From NCBI GenBank assembly GCA_016934535.1, contig JAFGSQ010000024.1, positions 41,503 to 105,502 on the forward strand: DNA of 64,000 nucleotides. Reading direction: 5' to 3'. Of this stretch, positions 19,929 through 29,260 are shown piece by piece. The translations under genes were made by a program, and so were the position numbers. The DNA comes from a candidate division WOR-3 bacterium. GTDB lineage: Bacteria; SDB-A. The notes beneath the pieces are model-generated. The model did not search any database, had not been told where the DNA came from, and saw nothing but the letters and a program-made list of their open reading frames with translations. Each line of letters opens with the position of its first letter. The stretch's first letter is position 1.

Positions 19929-21747
19929 CAGGAGAAACCAAAAATGCATCGTCCGGGTTCGTTTTGATGCCTTCTGAAATCATACGGCGAACCAGCTCGC
20001 TGTTACCTGTCCTTTGAGCAATATAAGCTCCGAGCAACCATGCGCTCGAAGATCCAACGTTTACTTCACGGTATTTTTTCAGGTAAAAGACTGCCATATC
20101 CACCTTCTCCTCCTGAAGAAAAAGGCGTGATTTTTCATAACACGTCAAATCGTAGCTGTCGTTTCCTGTTAAATAAAGCGTGTAGCAGTCGCCTCCAACC
20201 ACAAATGGTCTCAGCACGAGAGCGCTGCGCGAAAGATAATCCGAAAGACCAGATGAATCAAAACTGCCGACAATCACGTGTGTCACTCCGTATTCTTCGA
20301 TAAGACCGCTGTCGATCATCCATTCAAACGCGGCCAAAGATTTAATCTCTGTTCCAAGTGTGAGAGCCGGCGCCAGAGAACCGGCAATGAGAGCTTTTTC
20401 TCCGGTTATGGATTCAATTTCAAATGACGCGCCTTTTGCAGATCGCATCGGAGACAACAGCCACGAAAAGAGCCGGCAGTTGTCGCAGAAAATATGAAGA
20501 AGGCATATCAATGCTATCAAATACGGCATGAACCTAACAGACTTTCTGTTTGAATAGCGCGTCAAAATAACAATTGCCCCCGACATGGCTATTGACACTA
20601 TCAGAAGAGGTAATTTTACAATCCTGAGAGAAAAGGCCATGAACTGATACGAAAAAAAAAGTGAAAACAGTAAAACAGGAACCGTGCATAGTTTACCTTT
20701 CGATATCCCCTCTTCCCGATGCTCCCCGAATGAGGAAACCAGAATAGCCGCAACATAAACGAAATAGAGAAGAAATCTCGCCGGCCTGTACGAGCTGAAT
20801 ACGGCGTAAAACGATATGAGAGATGCTATCCAGCACAAGGTCAGAAACTGCATGTCACCTATCCGTTTTTGTCGGGAAATGAAAGCAGCCGCCAAAAATC
20901 CCGAAAATATGACGAACGGAGTTGAAAAAGTCAGGTCGGGCATTCCCGTCCCCAAAAGTCTGTAAAAAAACAGATAAACGTCCGTTTTTTGATTTTCGGC
21001 GACGGATCTCAATCCTGACAGAAAATATGAATTGAACATTTCTTTAAACGGTAAATACAGGAAAACAAACCAAAGAGCTGCGACGACAGTCAGGCCTGCT
21101 GAATAATTTATGAGCGATTTTTTGTCTTTAACAGCTAAATAAACAAGCGCGGCGGGCAAAAAACTTACGGCGTGTATTTTAGCAAATAAAAAAGCGGCGG
21201 AGGTGAAAATTCCCGCCAATAAATATTTTTTATTTACCAGAAAAAGTACTGCAAACATCAAAACACAAGTTGAAGCATTTTCGGCCACCGGCGTCCTGCC
21301 GTATATTGCCAGAGGGTATGAAAACAATACGAAACAGGACGCGACGAAGCCCCTCATCGTCTTTCTGAAAGTAAGAAATATTGCAAGCGCTGACAGCAGA
21401 CTGAAAGACAAACCCGGTAAAACTGCTGAAAAAGAGTTTGTACCTGCTATTTTGTATAATAAAAATGATACAAACCCGTTAACCGGCGAAAAAAGAAATC
21501 CTGAAAAAGGCGGTTTTTCAACGTAAGGATAAATTCGTCCGAACTGCGCCAAATTCCGCGAGTCCAGAGTATAAGCCTGCCCGTCCGAGTATACAGCCCT
21601 GCTTTCGTGGGGTATCCCGGGAGCCAGGAAAGGCGGAGGGTCGGCGTCCGCCTTGAATGTTTTAGGAAAAACCGATATGACGGACACCGCCAAAAAAAGG
21701 AAACACGGCAGTGCCCGGTCGATGTTTTTTCCGCCGAAAAACCTCAA
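19909..21747 (-). CDS. GT-C/ArnT-like (glycosyltransferase family 39) multi-pass membrane protein with short TPR-like C-terminus
   Basis: Many TM helices; N-terminal loop SDGQAY; YGRTPVAE, AKIH and YRPARF motifs typical of GT-C. Confidence 0.6.
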   Translation of the reverse strand: MRFFGGKNIDRALPCFLFLAVSVISVFPKTFKADADPPPFLAPGIPHESRAVYSDGQAYTLDSRNLAQFGRIYPYVEKPPFSGFLFSPVNGFVSFLLYKIAGTNSFSAVLPGLSFSLLSALAIFLTFRKTMRGFVASCFVLFSYPLAIYGRTPVAENASTCVLMFAVLFLVNKKYLLAGIFTSAAFLFAKIHAVSFLPAALVYLAVKDKKSLINYSAGLTVVAALWFVFLYLPFKEMFNSYFLSGLRSVAENQKTDVYLFFYRLLGTGMPDLTFSTPFVIFSGFLAAAFISRQKRIGDMQFLTLCWIASLISFYAVFSSYRPARFLLYFVYVAAILVSSFGEHREEGISKGKLCTVPVLLFSLFFSYQFMAFSLRIVKLPLLIVSIAMSGAIVILTRYSNRKSVRFMPYLIALICLLHIFCDNCRLFSWLLSPMRSAKGASFEIESITGEKALIAGSLAPALTLGTEIKSLAAFEWMIDSGLIEEYGVTHVIVGSFDSSGLSDYLSRSALVLRPFVVGGDCYTLYLTGNDSYDLTCYEKSRLFLQEEKVDMAVFYLKKYREVNVGSSSAWLLGAYIAQRTGNSELVRRMISEGIKTNPDDAFLVSPVNYRIH

Positions 21748-21759
21748 TAAGAATTTCTT

Positions 21760-22485
21760 CTATTTAAGTTCAAAAGAGACGGATATACTTGAATAGACAC
21801 TTACCTGACCCGGGGCTATCGGGCTCTGATCTGCCCTTACATCGTTGCCGTAATAAGCATAATTTTGCGAATTCGACGCCCAGTTCATACCCCATGAATT
21901 TGCAGCGTTCCACGACCAGTAGTTCGTCTGGTTTTCATAAATATATATAGCGTCACCGATTTGACATCCAAGTTCTCTCGCTATCAATTCAGCTTTTTCC
22001 TTCGCCGCTCTGATTGCTTCTGTCCTCGCCTGATTTCTCAGTTCTATAATCCTTGAAGTCTGGAAATCGATGCCGTGAATGTAATTCACTTCAGCTTCGA
22101 GTGCCAGAGATAACACCGCGTCGAGTTTTGAAACGTCTTTGAGAGTGGCAACTATCGTTTTTCTCGCGAAATATCCGTAAACGGTTTGTTGGTCGTAATA
22201 ATCATAGTTCGGTTCAACGCTGAGATAGTTGGTCTGAATGTCTCTTTCGCTGATGCCTGAGTTTTTGAGTGCACTTATCAGGTTTCTGACAACGGCGTCA
22301 TTTTCGTTTTTTGCCGACCTGAGATTTTCTCCCTGAGTCTCAACTCCGAAAGTTATCACCACTTCATCGGGTTCGACGTCTATCTGGGCGTTGCCCGTGA
22401 CTGTTATCGTTCTCTGATATTGATTTTCCTGAGCCGTCAACGAAACGGCCGCAATCAGAAAGACTGCAAGAATCATTTTTTTCAT
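21760..22485 (-). CDS. SIMPL (DUF541) periplasmic protein
   Basis: Signal peptide; RTITVTG..VEPD, IQT..LSVEP, AIRAAKEKA..A and IAPG motifs. Confidence 0.9.
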   Translation of the reverse strand: MKKMILAVFLIAAVSLTAQENQYQRTITVTGNAQIDVEPDEVVITFGVETQGENLRSAKNENDAVVRNLISALKNSGISERDIQTNYLSVEPNYDYYDQQTVYGYFARKTIVATLKDVSKLDAVLSLALEAEVNYIHGIDFQTSRIIELRNQARTEAIRAAKEKAELIARELGCQIGDAIYIYENQTNYWSWNAANSWGMNWASNSQNYAYYGNDVRADQSPIAPGQVSVYSSISVSFELK

Positions 22486-22501
22486 TTTTCCTCCTTTTTT
22501 T

Positions 22502-23671
22502 CTACTTCTGCATCGCTTTTTGAATACTGTTTAAAGCATTCTCCAAAATCCCGGCGGAACACGCAAAGTTCAAACGCTTGAATTTTCCGCATCGCGAACT
22601 GAATTTTCTTCCCGGATCGAGAGCGACTTTTGCTTTGTTTATGAGCAGATCGTCGAGCTCCGATTCCGAAAAACCTGTCTTTTCGAAATCTATCCACGCC
22701 AGATAAGTTGCCTCCGGGGAATAGACAAAAGCATTATCCATTTTTGTGTTGACGAAATCCACGACCTTTTCTCTGTTTGCCGAAAGGTACTTTCTGGCGT
22801 AATTGTACCAGCCGTCCGATCGTGAATAAGCCGCTTCAAATGCGGTCGTTCCGAAAATGCTCGAGATGTTGAGACCCAAAGTATAAATCTGTTTTGCCAA
22901 TCTTTCTCTGAAATCCGGATTTTCAGTAATCGCGGCGGATTCCTGAAGACCAGCGATGTTGAAAGTCTTTGCCGGTGAAATAAGAGTCACAGAATTCATC
23001 GAGTGTTCCTGCGACAATGAAGCCAGCGGAATGTGCCGGAAACCTTCGTAAACGAGATCACAATGTATTTCGTCTGATAATATTATGACGCCGTATTTCC
23101 GGCACATTTTCGACATTTCCCGAAGTTCGTTTTCCGTCCAGACCCTTCCGACAGGATTGTGGGGGCTGCAAAGAATGAATATCTTCGCTCCCTCCCTGCA
23201 TAATCTTTCAAAACCTATAAAATCGGGCGTGTATCTGCCGTCTTCTCCCCTCTCAAGATCGTTTGTCAGCAGTTTTCTTCCGTTTAGTTCTACGACTTCG
23301 TAGAACGGATGGTAAACGGGAGGCTGAATAATCACTCCGTCTCCCGGTTCAGAAAATTCTCTTATGCAAAGACTCAACGTGGTTATCAGAGAAGGACTGC
23401 GCAGGCACCATCCGGGATCGGGCGCCCAGTTGTGCCTTCTTTCAAGCCAGTTGCAAAGAGATATAAAATGACTTTCAGATCTTAATGTGTATCCGTAAAC
23501 AGGATGTTTAGCTCTTTCGGTCAAGGATTTAGCAATTTCGTCACAGCACGGCAGATCCATGTCGGCTACCCAGAGAGGCAAAAGCCCCGGTTTTCCGAAC
23601 AGCTTTTCGGCGTAATCCCACTTGTATGAGCCCGTGTTGCTTCTTTCAACAGGTTCGTCGAAATTGATCAT
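22502..23671 (-). CDS. MalY/PatB-family PLP-dependent C-S lyase/aminotransferase
   Basis: LPLWVADMD, LCSPHNPVGRVW, SDEIH, SPAKTFNIAGL (PLP Lys), EATYLAW and RLNFAC. Confidence 0.92.
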   Translation of the reverse strand: MINFDEPVERSNTGSYKWDYAEKLFGKPGLLPLWVADMDLPCCDEIAKSLTERAKHPVYGYTLRSESHFISLCNWLERRHNWAPDPGWCLRSPSLITTLSLCIREFSEPGDGVIIQPPVYHPFYEVVELNGRKLLTNDLERGEDGRYTPDFIGFERLCREGAKIFILCSPHNPVGRVWTENELREMSKMCRKYGVIILSDEIHCDLVYEGFRHIPLASLSQEHSMNSVTLISPAKTFNIAGLQESAAITENPDFRERLAKQIYTLGLNISSIFGTTAFEAAYSRSDGWYNYARKYLSANREKVVDFVNTKMDNAFVYSPEATYLAWIDFEKTGFSESELDDLLINKAKVALDPGRKFSSRCGKFKRLNFACSAGILENALNSIQKAMQK

Positions 23672-25992
23672 CTGATCTCTATTCCGTCCAGGTATTCGTC
23701 GTAATACATAATTGTATTTCCGTTTCCGTTTATGTTTCCGAGGTCGATTCTGAAAATGGATAAAGCGCCGCCCAGATCCATTATGCCGAACGACCCTTGA
23801 CCAGGATTGATAACCACTTCTGTTTCGAGCCAGTCGTCCTTACCGACAGATTTTGCGGCGTATATCATGGCTTCGTCAATCCCTCCTATCTCGTCAGCTA
23901 GTCCTATATCCACGGCGTCTTGTCCCGACCATACCCTCCCCCTGGCAATGACGTTCAGTGAATCAAAAGACAGCTCTCTCTCGGCGGCGACTTTGAGAAC
24001 GAAATTTTCGTAAAAATCTCTGACCTCTTCCTTGTGTAACATCTTTTGCTCTTCGGTCATCGGAACTAATCCCGACCACATGAAGGCGTTTTCCGACGTG
24101 GAAACAGTGTCAAAAGTGACGCCTATGTTTTCCAGCATTCCTCCGAACGATACTTTGAGGCTTACTACGCCAATTGATCCGGTCAGTGTTCCGGCATCGC
24201 AGAATATCCTGTCGGCTCCGCAGGATATATAATATCCTCCGCTGCCGGCGACACCTCCCATGGAAATTATGAACGGTTTTTCCCGAGCGCACAAATAAAC
24301 TTCTCTCCAAATCAGATCGGAAGCGAGAGCGTCTCCTCCGGGTGAATTCACTCTCATAACAACCGCTTTAATATCATCGTTCAATCTTGCCGATCTGATG
24401 ATTCTGACAAGGGTTTCCGATCCGAGAACTTTCCCTCCTATAACAGGCAGCGGATTCACGCCGCTTTCACCCGTATTGATGGCTCCGTCAGCGATTATCA
24501 AAGCTATTCTCGGTTTGTATTCCCAACTTTCTTCTCTGTATTGAATACCCGCAAGACATACAGCGTCGACGAATCTCCCTCCGAAATCATCTTTCAACAT
24601 TTCGGTAAATTCGTCTTCGTATAAAAGACCGTCTACAAGACCAGCCTCCAAAGCCTTTCTCGCGCTGAACGATCCCCTTTCAACAATAGAAAGAACTGAA
24701 TCAGAAATAATGTTCCTTGATGTCACGATTGCTGTTTCGTACAGCCCCCAATTGTCGTTGATGATTTCAGTGTACTGTTCCCTGCAGGCTTCTGACATCC
24801 TTTCGTTGACGAAGACTTCGCCTGCGGATTTGTATTCTCCTATGTATTCTACGTCGGCCGTCAAATGATATTTCTCGAAACCCCTCGCTAAAAACGGAAA
24901 AGCTATGCCTAATCCGTTTATCTGTATGTAGCCTTCCGGATATATGTATACCTGGTCCGCCGCACATGCCATGTAATAACTCAGATCGTCATAATACCTC
25001 GCGTAGGCAATAACCTTGGTCCCTTTCATTTTGTAAAGCTCAACCAAAGCTATTATCTCCTCTGTCTGGGCAATATCGAGCGTATAGCCGTCGAGTTTCA
25101 TGACAATGCAGGAAGGCGGTTTTCCTTCGAGCCCTTTTCTGAGGGATTCAACCAGCGTCCAGAACCTCTCTTTTTTCGGCATGAAAAACAAAAAAGATAC
25201 CGGGTCTTCCGGGTATTCTCTCCCCAGGTCAAGTCTTATATTTGGCGCCGGCAGAGGGAGAATCGAGTACTGATTCCTCGAGTCGAGTCTGACGTATGAG
25301 AATCCGCCTGAAATCCTCTCATCCTCGTCCATTAATTGCGAAGTCCCCGCAGTGACGTTTCCGAAAGAAGTTTCAAAACCCAGCGAAAATGTTTCGTCGC
25401 GATCGTAAAAAGCGGACAATCTCAATCCCCTGACAGGCTCGACGAGAATTCCCGCTGAAAACGGGATGCTGTCCGATTCGGTATCTTTTTCATAAATGCC
25501 TCCGGCCGCAAGGGTGAATCTTTCATTGCCTCCGAAAGGCCTTAGCGCCGCTCCGAACCTGTAAGAAGGATCATATTGATCTTCCGTGGAAAAGACGTCA
25601 TTCACTGTCGCTCCCAGGGAAATCCATTTTTGCGGTCTCGACAGGAACCCAATGTCTATGTGGTTTTCTCCCTCGCTGTTCCGGAAAGTGGTTCCGGCCA
25701 TGAGTCTGTAACGGCTCAATATTCCGGTTCCGTATGAGACATGGTATTCTCTGCCGACGTCACCCCAGCAGCCGCCACCTGAAAGGCTTCCGGCTCTCAG
25801 ATAGAAATCACCGTAATTCTTGACTGCAGAATCTGTGTTCGCGACGTCGAACCTGAAAGTCGCCCCTTTTTGGGCGGCGAGTCCGGCAGGATTAACAAGA
25901 CCTGCGTCGGGACCGTCCGGAACAGCTGTGAAAGGCAGATAAAAATTCTCCCCGAACAACGATGCCACAATCATAATAAACGTCAAAAGCAT
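23668..25992 (-). CDS. sppA: Signal peptide peptidase SppA (long form) with an extra N-terminal beta-rich domain
   Basis: Tandem S49 domains with YKSAGE (Lys), RVNSPGG, SGGYY (Ser), GSIGV and RGRVWSG. The first ~250 aa are beta-strand rich and start with NPAGL. Confidence 0.88.
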   Translation of the reverse strand: MLLTFIMIVASLFGENFYLPFTAVPDGPDAGLVNPAGLAAQKGATFRFDVANTDSAVKNYGDFYLRAGSLSGGGCWGDVGREYHVSYGTGILSRYRLMAGTTFRNSEGENHIDIGFLSRPQKWISLGATVNDVFSTEDQYDPSYRFGAALRPFGGNERFTLAAGGIYEKDTESDSIPFSAGILVEPVRGLRLSAFYDRDETFSLGFETSFGNVTAGTSQLMDEDERISGGFSYVRLDSRNQYSILPLPAPNIRLDLGREYPEDPVSFLFFMPKKERFWTLVESLRKGLEGKPPSCIVMKLDGYTLDIAQTEEIIALVELYKMKGTKVIAYARYYDDLSYYMACAADQVYIYPEGYIQINGLGIAFPFLARGFEKYHLTADVEYIGEYKSAGEVFVNERMSEACREQYTEIINDNWGLYETAIVTSRNIISDSVLSIVERGSFSARKALEAGLVDGLLYEDEFTEMLKDDFGGRFVDAVCLAGIQYREESWEYKPRIALIIADGAINTGESGVNPLPVIGGKVLGSETLVRIIRSARLNDDIKAVVMRVNSPGGDALASDLIWREVYLCAREKPFIISMGGVAGSGGYYISCGADRIFCDAGTLTGSIGVVSLKVSFGGMLENIGVTFDTVSTSENAFMWSGLVPMTEEQKMLHKEEVRDFYENFVLKVAAERELSFDSLNVIARGRVWSGQDAVDIGLADEIGGIDEAMIYAAKSVGKDDWLETEVVINPGQGSFGIMDLGGALSIFRIDLGNINGNGNTIMYYDEYLDGIEIR

Positions 25993-26001
25993 TTTTTCTC
26001 C

Positions 26002-26460
26002 TTAATCATTGGTTTGTTTCTGCGGCGCCGATCTGTTTTCTCCGATCTCAGAAATATCGAGACGACCCCAGTGCTTTTCGTGCAGTTTCTTCGCTTCATC
26101 CATTTCATATTCTGAATTGCCGTAAAGGTATATGTGTGAGCAGATTTTTTCGCTGATTTTTTCAATTCTGATGTTGAATTTTTCGAAAATTTCTTTCCGT
26201 AAATAAAGGGTGCTGAGCGACCTGAAAAGACCGGTGAATATCTCATCCCCGGAAATAACAAGCCTATCACCTCTTTTAAGATTGAAATGAATCTTATCGA
26301 CGGCTTTGAGTACCGACTTGACGAAATTTTTCACATCTTTGAATTTCTCCTGCGCGATTGTCTTGTCTGCTTCGAGGTTTTTTAGGATTTCTATGAGAAG
26401 AGCGAGCTCATCTCCTGAAAATTCAATGTCCTTCTCGTTCAACGTGACCTTTATTGGCAT
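26002..26460 (-). CDS. Hypothetical protein
   Basis: 152-aa ORF with GGA/AAGG RBS, co-oriented between two real genes; no motif recognised. Confidence 0.65.
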   Translation of the reverse strand: MPIKVTLNEKDIEFSGDELALLIEILKNLEADKTIAQEKFKDVKNFVKSVLKAVDKIHFNLKRGDRLVISGDEIFTGLFRSLSTLYLRKEIFEKFNIRIEKISEKICSHIYLYGNSEYEMDEAKKLHEKHWGRLDISEIGENRSAPQKQTND

Positions 26461-26504
26461 TTTTGGATTTTCCTTTCACTGTTGACTCTGTGTACCATTC
26501 AACT

Positions 26505-28205
26505 TCAGTTTATTTTTATCATTTTTGACGTCGCATAAAAAGTCCCGGCTTCGAATCTGTAAAAGTAAAGACCGGGGGCAAGTTTCCATCCGTCGTACAC
26601 AACTGTATGCCTGCCAGGGGACATATTTTCCCGCGAAATCACTTCGTCCACTTTCTGGCCCGTTGCATTGAAAATCTCTATACTGACCAAAGACTCCTGC
26701 GGCAAATCGAAGGAAAAAGATGTGAAGGAGCAAAAAGGATCCGGATAATTCCGGAAGACTTTGAATTGAGAGAAAGGAACAGGAACCGGGTTTTCTACTT
26801 GAGTTGGTCCTTCGCCGGTCGAAAAGCAGAAAACCTGTCCGTTGTCGAGGCCGACGAGTATTTCGTCGCCCGGTATTCCGTCTATGGAACCCATGTTTTC
26901 TACAGTGTAAATCCTGCTTGGAAGATCATCGTAATATATCAGTGAATCCCCTGCTCCGGAGTAAATGTAGATCCTTCCCGACTGGTCGCCTGCAAGAGCT
27001 TCGTGGATTCCGTCGCCGTCTATGTCGGATATAGCAACGACTCCGTAACTCCTGTAATCCTGAGTCGGCATGAACCAGACAGTCGAACCGTCCTTGCCTT
27101 CGAGGCAGAATATTCCGGAAGCTGAAGAAAAATTCGCGACGAGTATGTCGTCATAGCCGTTTTGATTGACGTCAGGTATCATTTCGATCTGGATCACTCC
27201 TGCCGTTCCGGCTCCAATTGACTGGTGCCACACCAGCGCTCCCGTTTCGCCGTCTATCCTGTAAATGTCGCTCCAGTAATTCGCTACGATCACGTCAGGT
27301 GTGCTGTCGGGAATACCGAGTTCGAGCAGTTCTTTGGCGCCGGATGCAGTTTGATTGAATTCCCACAAAAATGAACCGTCCGCGCCGTTGAGAGCTCTTA
27401 CAAATTTTGTCGAACCATCACCTCCAAATCCGGCTACAACTTCAGGCAAGCTGTCTCCGTTCACATCATCTATGGATATTACCGAATATCCCGAAGACAA
27501 TCCCGCTATGTTAATGTAATGGCGCCACAAACTGTCACCCGTGCTGCCATTAAAAAGGAAGACAGATTTATATCCGTTGCCGTCCTGATTAGAGCTCGCC
27601 ACTGCGGCCACGTCCGTAATTCCGTCGCCGTTAAAATCCCTCCTCGCGTCGACGGCGCCGAATCCTCCCAGGTAAGGATTGTAATCGTCGCCGAACGACC
27701 AAATAACACTGCCGTCGTCGCCCGATAAGGCGTAGACGTGTTCGTTGCCGCCGTCCGTGCATATTACGACATCACAGATGCCGTCGCTGTTGAGGTCTCC
27801 CGTCATCCGGACGGCTTTTTGAGCCGAGAACATTCCGTTCAGGCTGATGGATCCGGTGTTGTTGTCGTCAACTCCGGTGTTAAAAGACCACAATGTGTCT
27901 GCGTAACCTGAGCTTGCGCCGTTTAGGCAAATGGTCCAGTAATTCTCCGTGCAGGCTATTACGTCAGAAACCCCGTCCCCGTTTACGTCGTCTATCCTTT
28001 TCAATCCTTCGACCTTTTTGTCGTTATAACTCGTGTATGGATTGTCTGGTATTAGAAACTGCCAGAACATGTAGCCCAGTAAGTAATTTTCTGACAGACA
28101 TTCTCCGTCAAAGGCTAAACCGTAAGGATAGTCGGGGGCCGGGATTGTTTTAACAACTCCTCTGCCGCCGTTTAATGATAAAAGTACTAAAAACGCCAGT
28201 AACAT
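26505..28205 (-). CDS. Secreted FG-GAP/PQQ-like beta-propeller protein with T9SS type A C-terminal domain
   Basis: Signal peptide; seven D-x-N/D-G-D-G-type repeats; C-terminal NYPDPF..EIFNATGQKV..APGLYFYR..KMIKIN; AGGAGG RBS. Confidence 0.85.
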   Translation of the reverse strand: MLLAFLVLLSLNGGRGVVKTIPAPDYPYGLAFDGECLSENYLLGYMFWQFLIPDNPYTSYNDKKVEGLKRIDDVNGDGVSDVIACTENYWTICLNGASSGYADTLWSFNTGVDDNNTGSISLNGMFSAQKAVRMTGDLNSDGICDVVICTDGGNEHVYALSGDDGSVIWSFGDDYNPYLGGFGAVDARRDFNGDGITDVAAVASSNQDGNGYKSVFLFNGSTGDSLWRHYINIAGLSSGYSVISIDDVNGDSLPEVVAGFGGDGSTKFVRALNGADGSFLWEFNQTASGAKELLELGIPDSTPDVIVANYWSDIYRIDGETGALVWHQSIGAGTAGVIQIEMIPDVNQNGYDDILVANFSSASGIFCLEGKDGSTVWFMPTQDYRSYGVVAISDIDGDGIHEALAGDQSGRIYIYSGAGDSLIYYDDLPSRIYTVENMGSIDGIPGDEILVGLDNGQVFCFSTGEGPTQVENPVPVPFSQFKVFRNYPDPFCSFTSFSFDLPQESLVSIEIFNATGQKVDEVISRENMSPGRHTVVYDGWKLAPGLYFYRFEAGTFYATSKMIKIN

Positions 28206-28290
28206 GATTCCTCCTTGCGTTTATTTTGCATATAATATAAAACATTTTACATCATAAACAGCTCATTTCAAAATGCGGTAAAGGTAGAAA

Positions 28291-29208
28291 TTGAAAATTC
28301 TTGCGGTAAGGACCGATGGGCTCGGCGATCTCATACTTACTCTGCCGGCTTTCGAAGCGCTTAAAAAAGCGTTTCCATGCTCCAAAATCGACGCTCTCGT
28401 AAGAGACGATTTATGCGTGTTAACAGAAAATTTCCCTTTCCTGGATAAAACTGTTCCTCTTTCCTCAGCATTCGACAGATCTTTAAAAGAAACAAAATAC
28501 GACTTTTCCGTCATGTTCCACTTTGACGCAAAAACAGCCTTTCGAATATTTAAAACATCAAAAAAAAGATACGGCAGATTTTCCAAGCCATTTTCTTTCA
28601 TCATTTTGAACAAAGGGCTCAGGCAGAAACGATCGCACGCAGAAAAAAATGAAGTCCAGTACAACATTGACCTGGTAAGACACGCCCTCGATTCCCCTTT
28701 CGACGAAGAACCGAAGCCGCGCGTTTATTTCAATTTGAAAGAGACGCCTCTCCCTTTTGACGATTATGTTGTGATTTCGCCTCAGATGAAAGGCAGCGCC
28801 AGGAATTTCGACGATTCAGTATATGAAAAAGCTGCCTTGATTCTGCGGGACATGGACGAAAATGTCGTTTTGACAGGCTCTGAATCCTGCGGGACATCCG
28901 ATAATCTTAAAAAAATTCTAGGAAAAAAATGCTGCGATCTGACCGGAAAAACATGCCTGCGCGAGCTCGGATATGTCCTTGCAAAATCAAAACTCGTCAT
29001 TGCCCCGAGCACAGGCACATTGCATCTTGCAAACAGTCTCGGAAAAAATGTTTTTTCTGTCTACCCAAGCTTCGGTTCCACCTCTTTCAAGAGATGGCAC
29101 CCGTGGAAATACAACGGGATAATTCTGACGTGCGATAAAAATAATTGTCCCACGCTTACGGTTCCGGAAAAAACACTGACGGAATCTCTGAAAAGGCTGT
29201 TAGAATAA
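28291..29208 (+). CDS. Glycosyltransferase family 9 (heptosyltransferase-like)
   Basis: KILAVRTDGLGDLILTLP, DLTGKT and STGTLHLA motifs. Confidence 0.9.
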   Translation: MKILAVRTDGLGDLILTLPAFEALKKAFPCSKIDALVRDDLCVLTENFPFLDKTVPLSSAFDRSLKETKYDFSVMFHFDAKTAFRIFKTSKKRYGRFSKPFSFIILNKGLRQKRSHAEKNEVQYNIDLVRHALDSPFDEEPKPRVYFNLKETPLPFDDYVVISPQMKGSARNFDDSVYEKAALILRDMDENVVLTGSESCGTSDNLKKILGKKCCDLTGKTCLRELGYVLAKSKLVIAPSTGTLHLANSLGKNVFSVYPSFGSTSFKRWHPWKYNGIILTCDKNNCPTLTVPEKTLTESLKRLLE

Positions 29209-29240
29209 AAAACGGCCGCCTCAAACAGGCGGCCATTTCA
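29206..29240. terminator. Probable bidirectional intrinsic terminator
   Basis: GGCCGCCT-CAAAC-AGGCGGCC hairpin (29214-29234) with an A run before and T-rich bases after, between convergent genes. Confidence 0.75.
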
Positions 29241-29260
29241 TTTCACGCCAGATTATTATT

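Noticed and set aside
20652-20660. Phase-variable homopolymer tracts in glycosyltransferases (A9 here, A8 near 28560)
   Set aside because: A/T runs of 7-9 are frequent throughout this window and both genes are in frame, so there is no specific signal.
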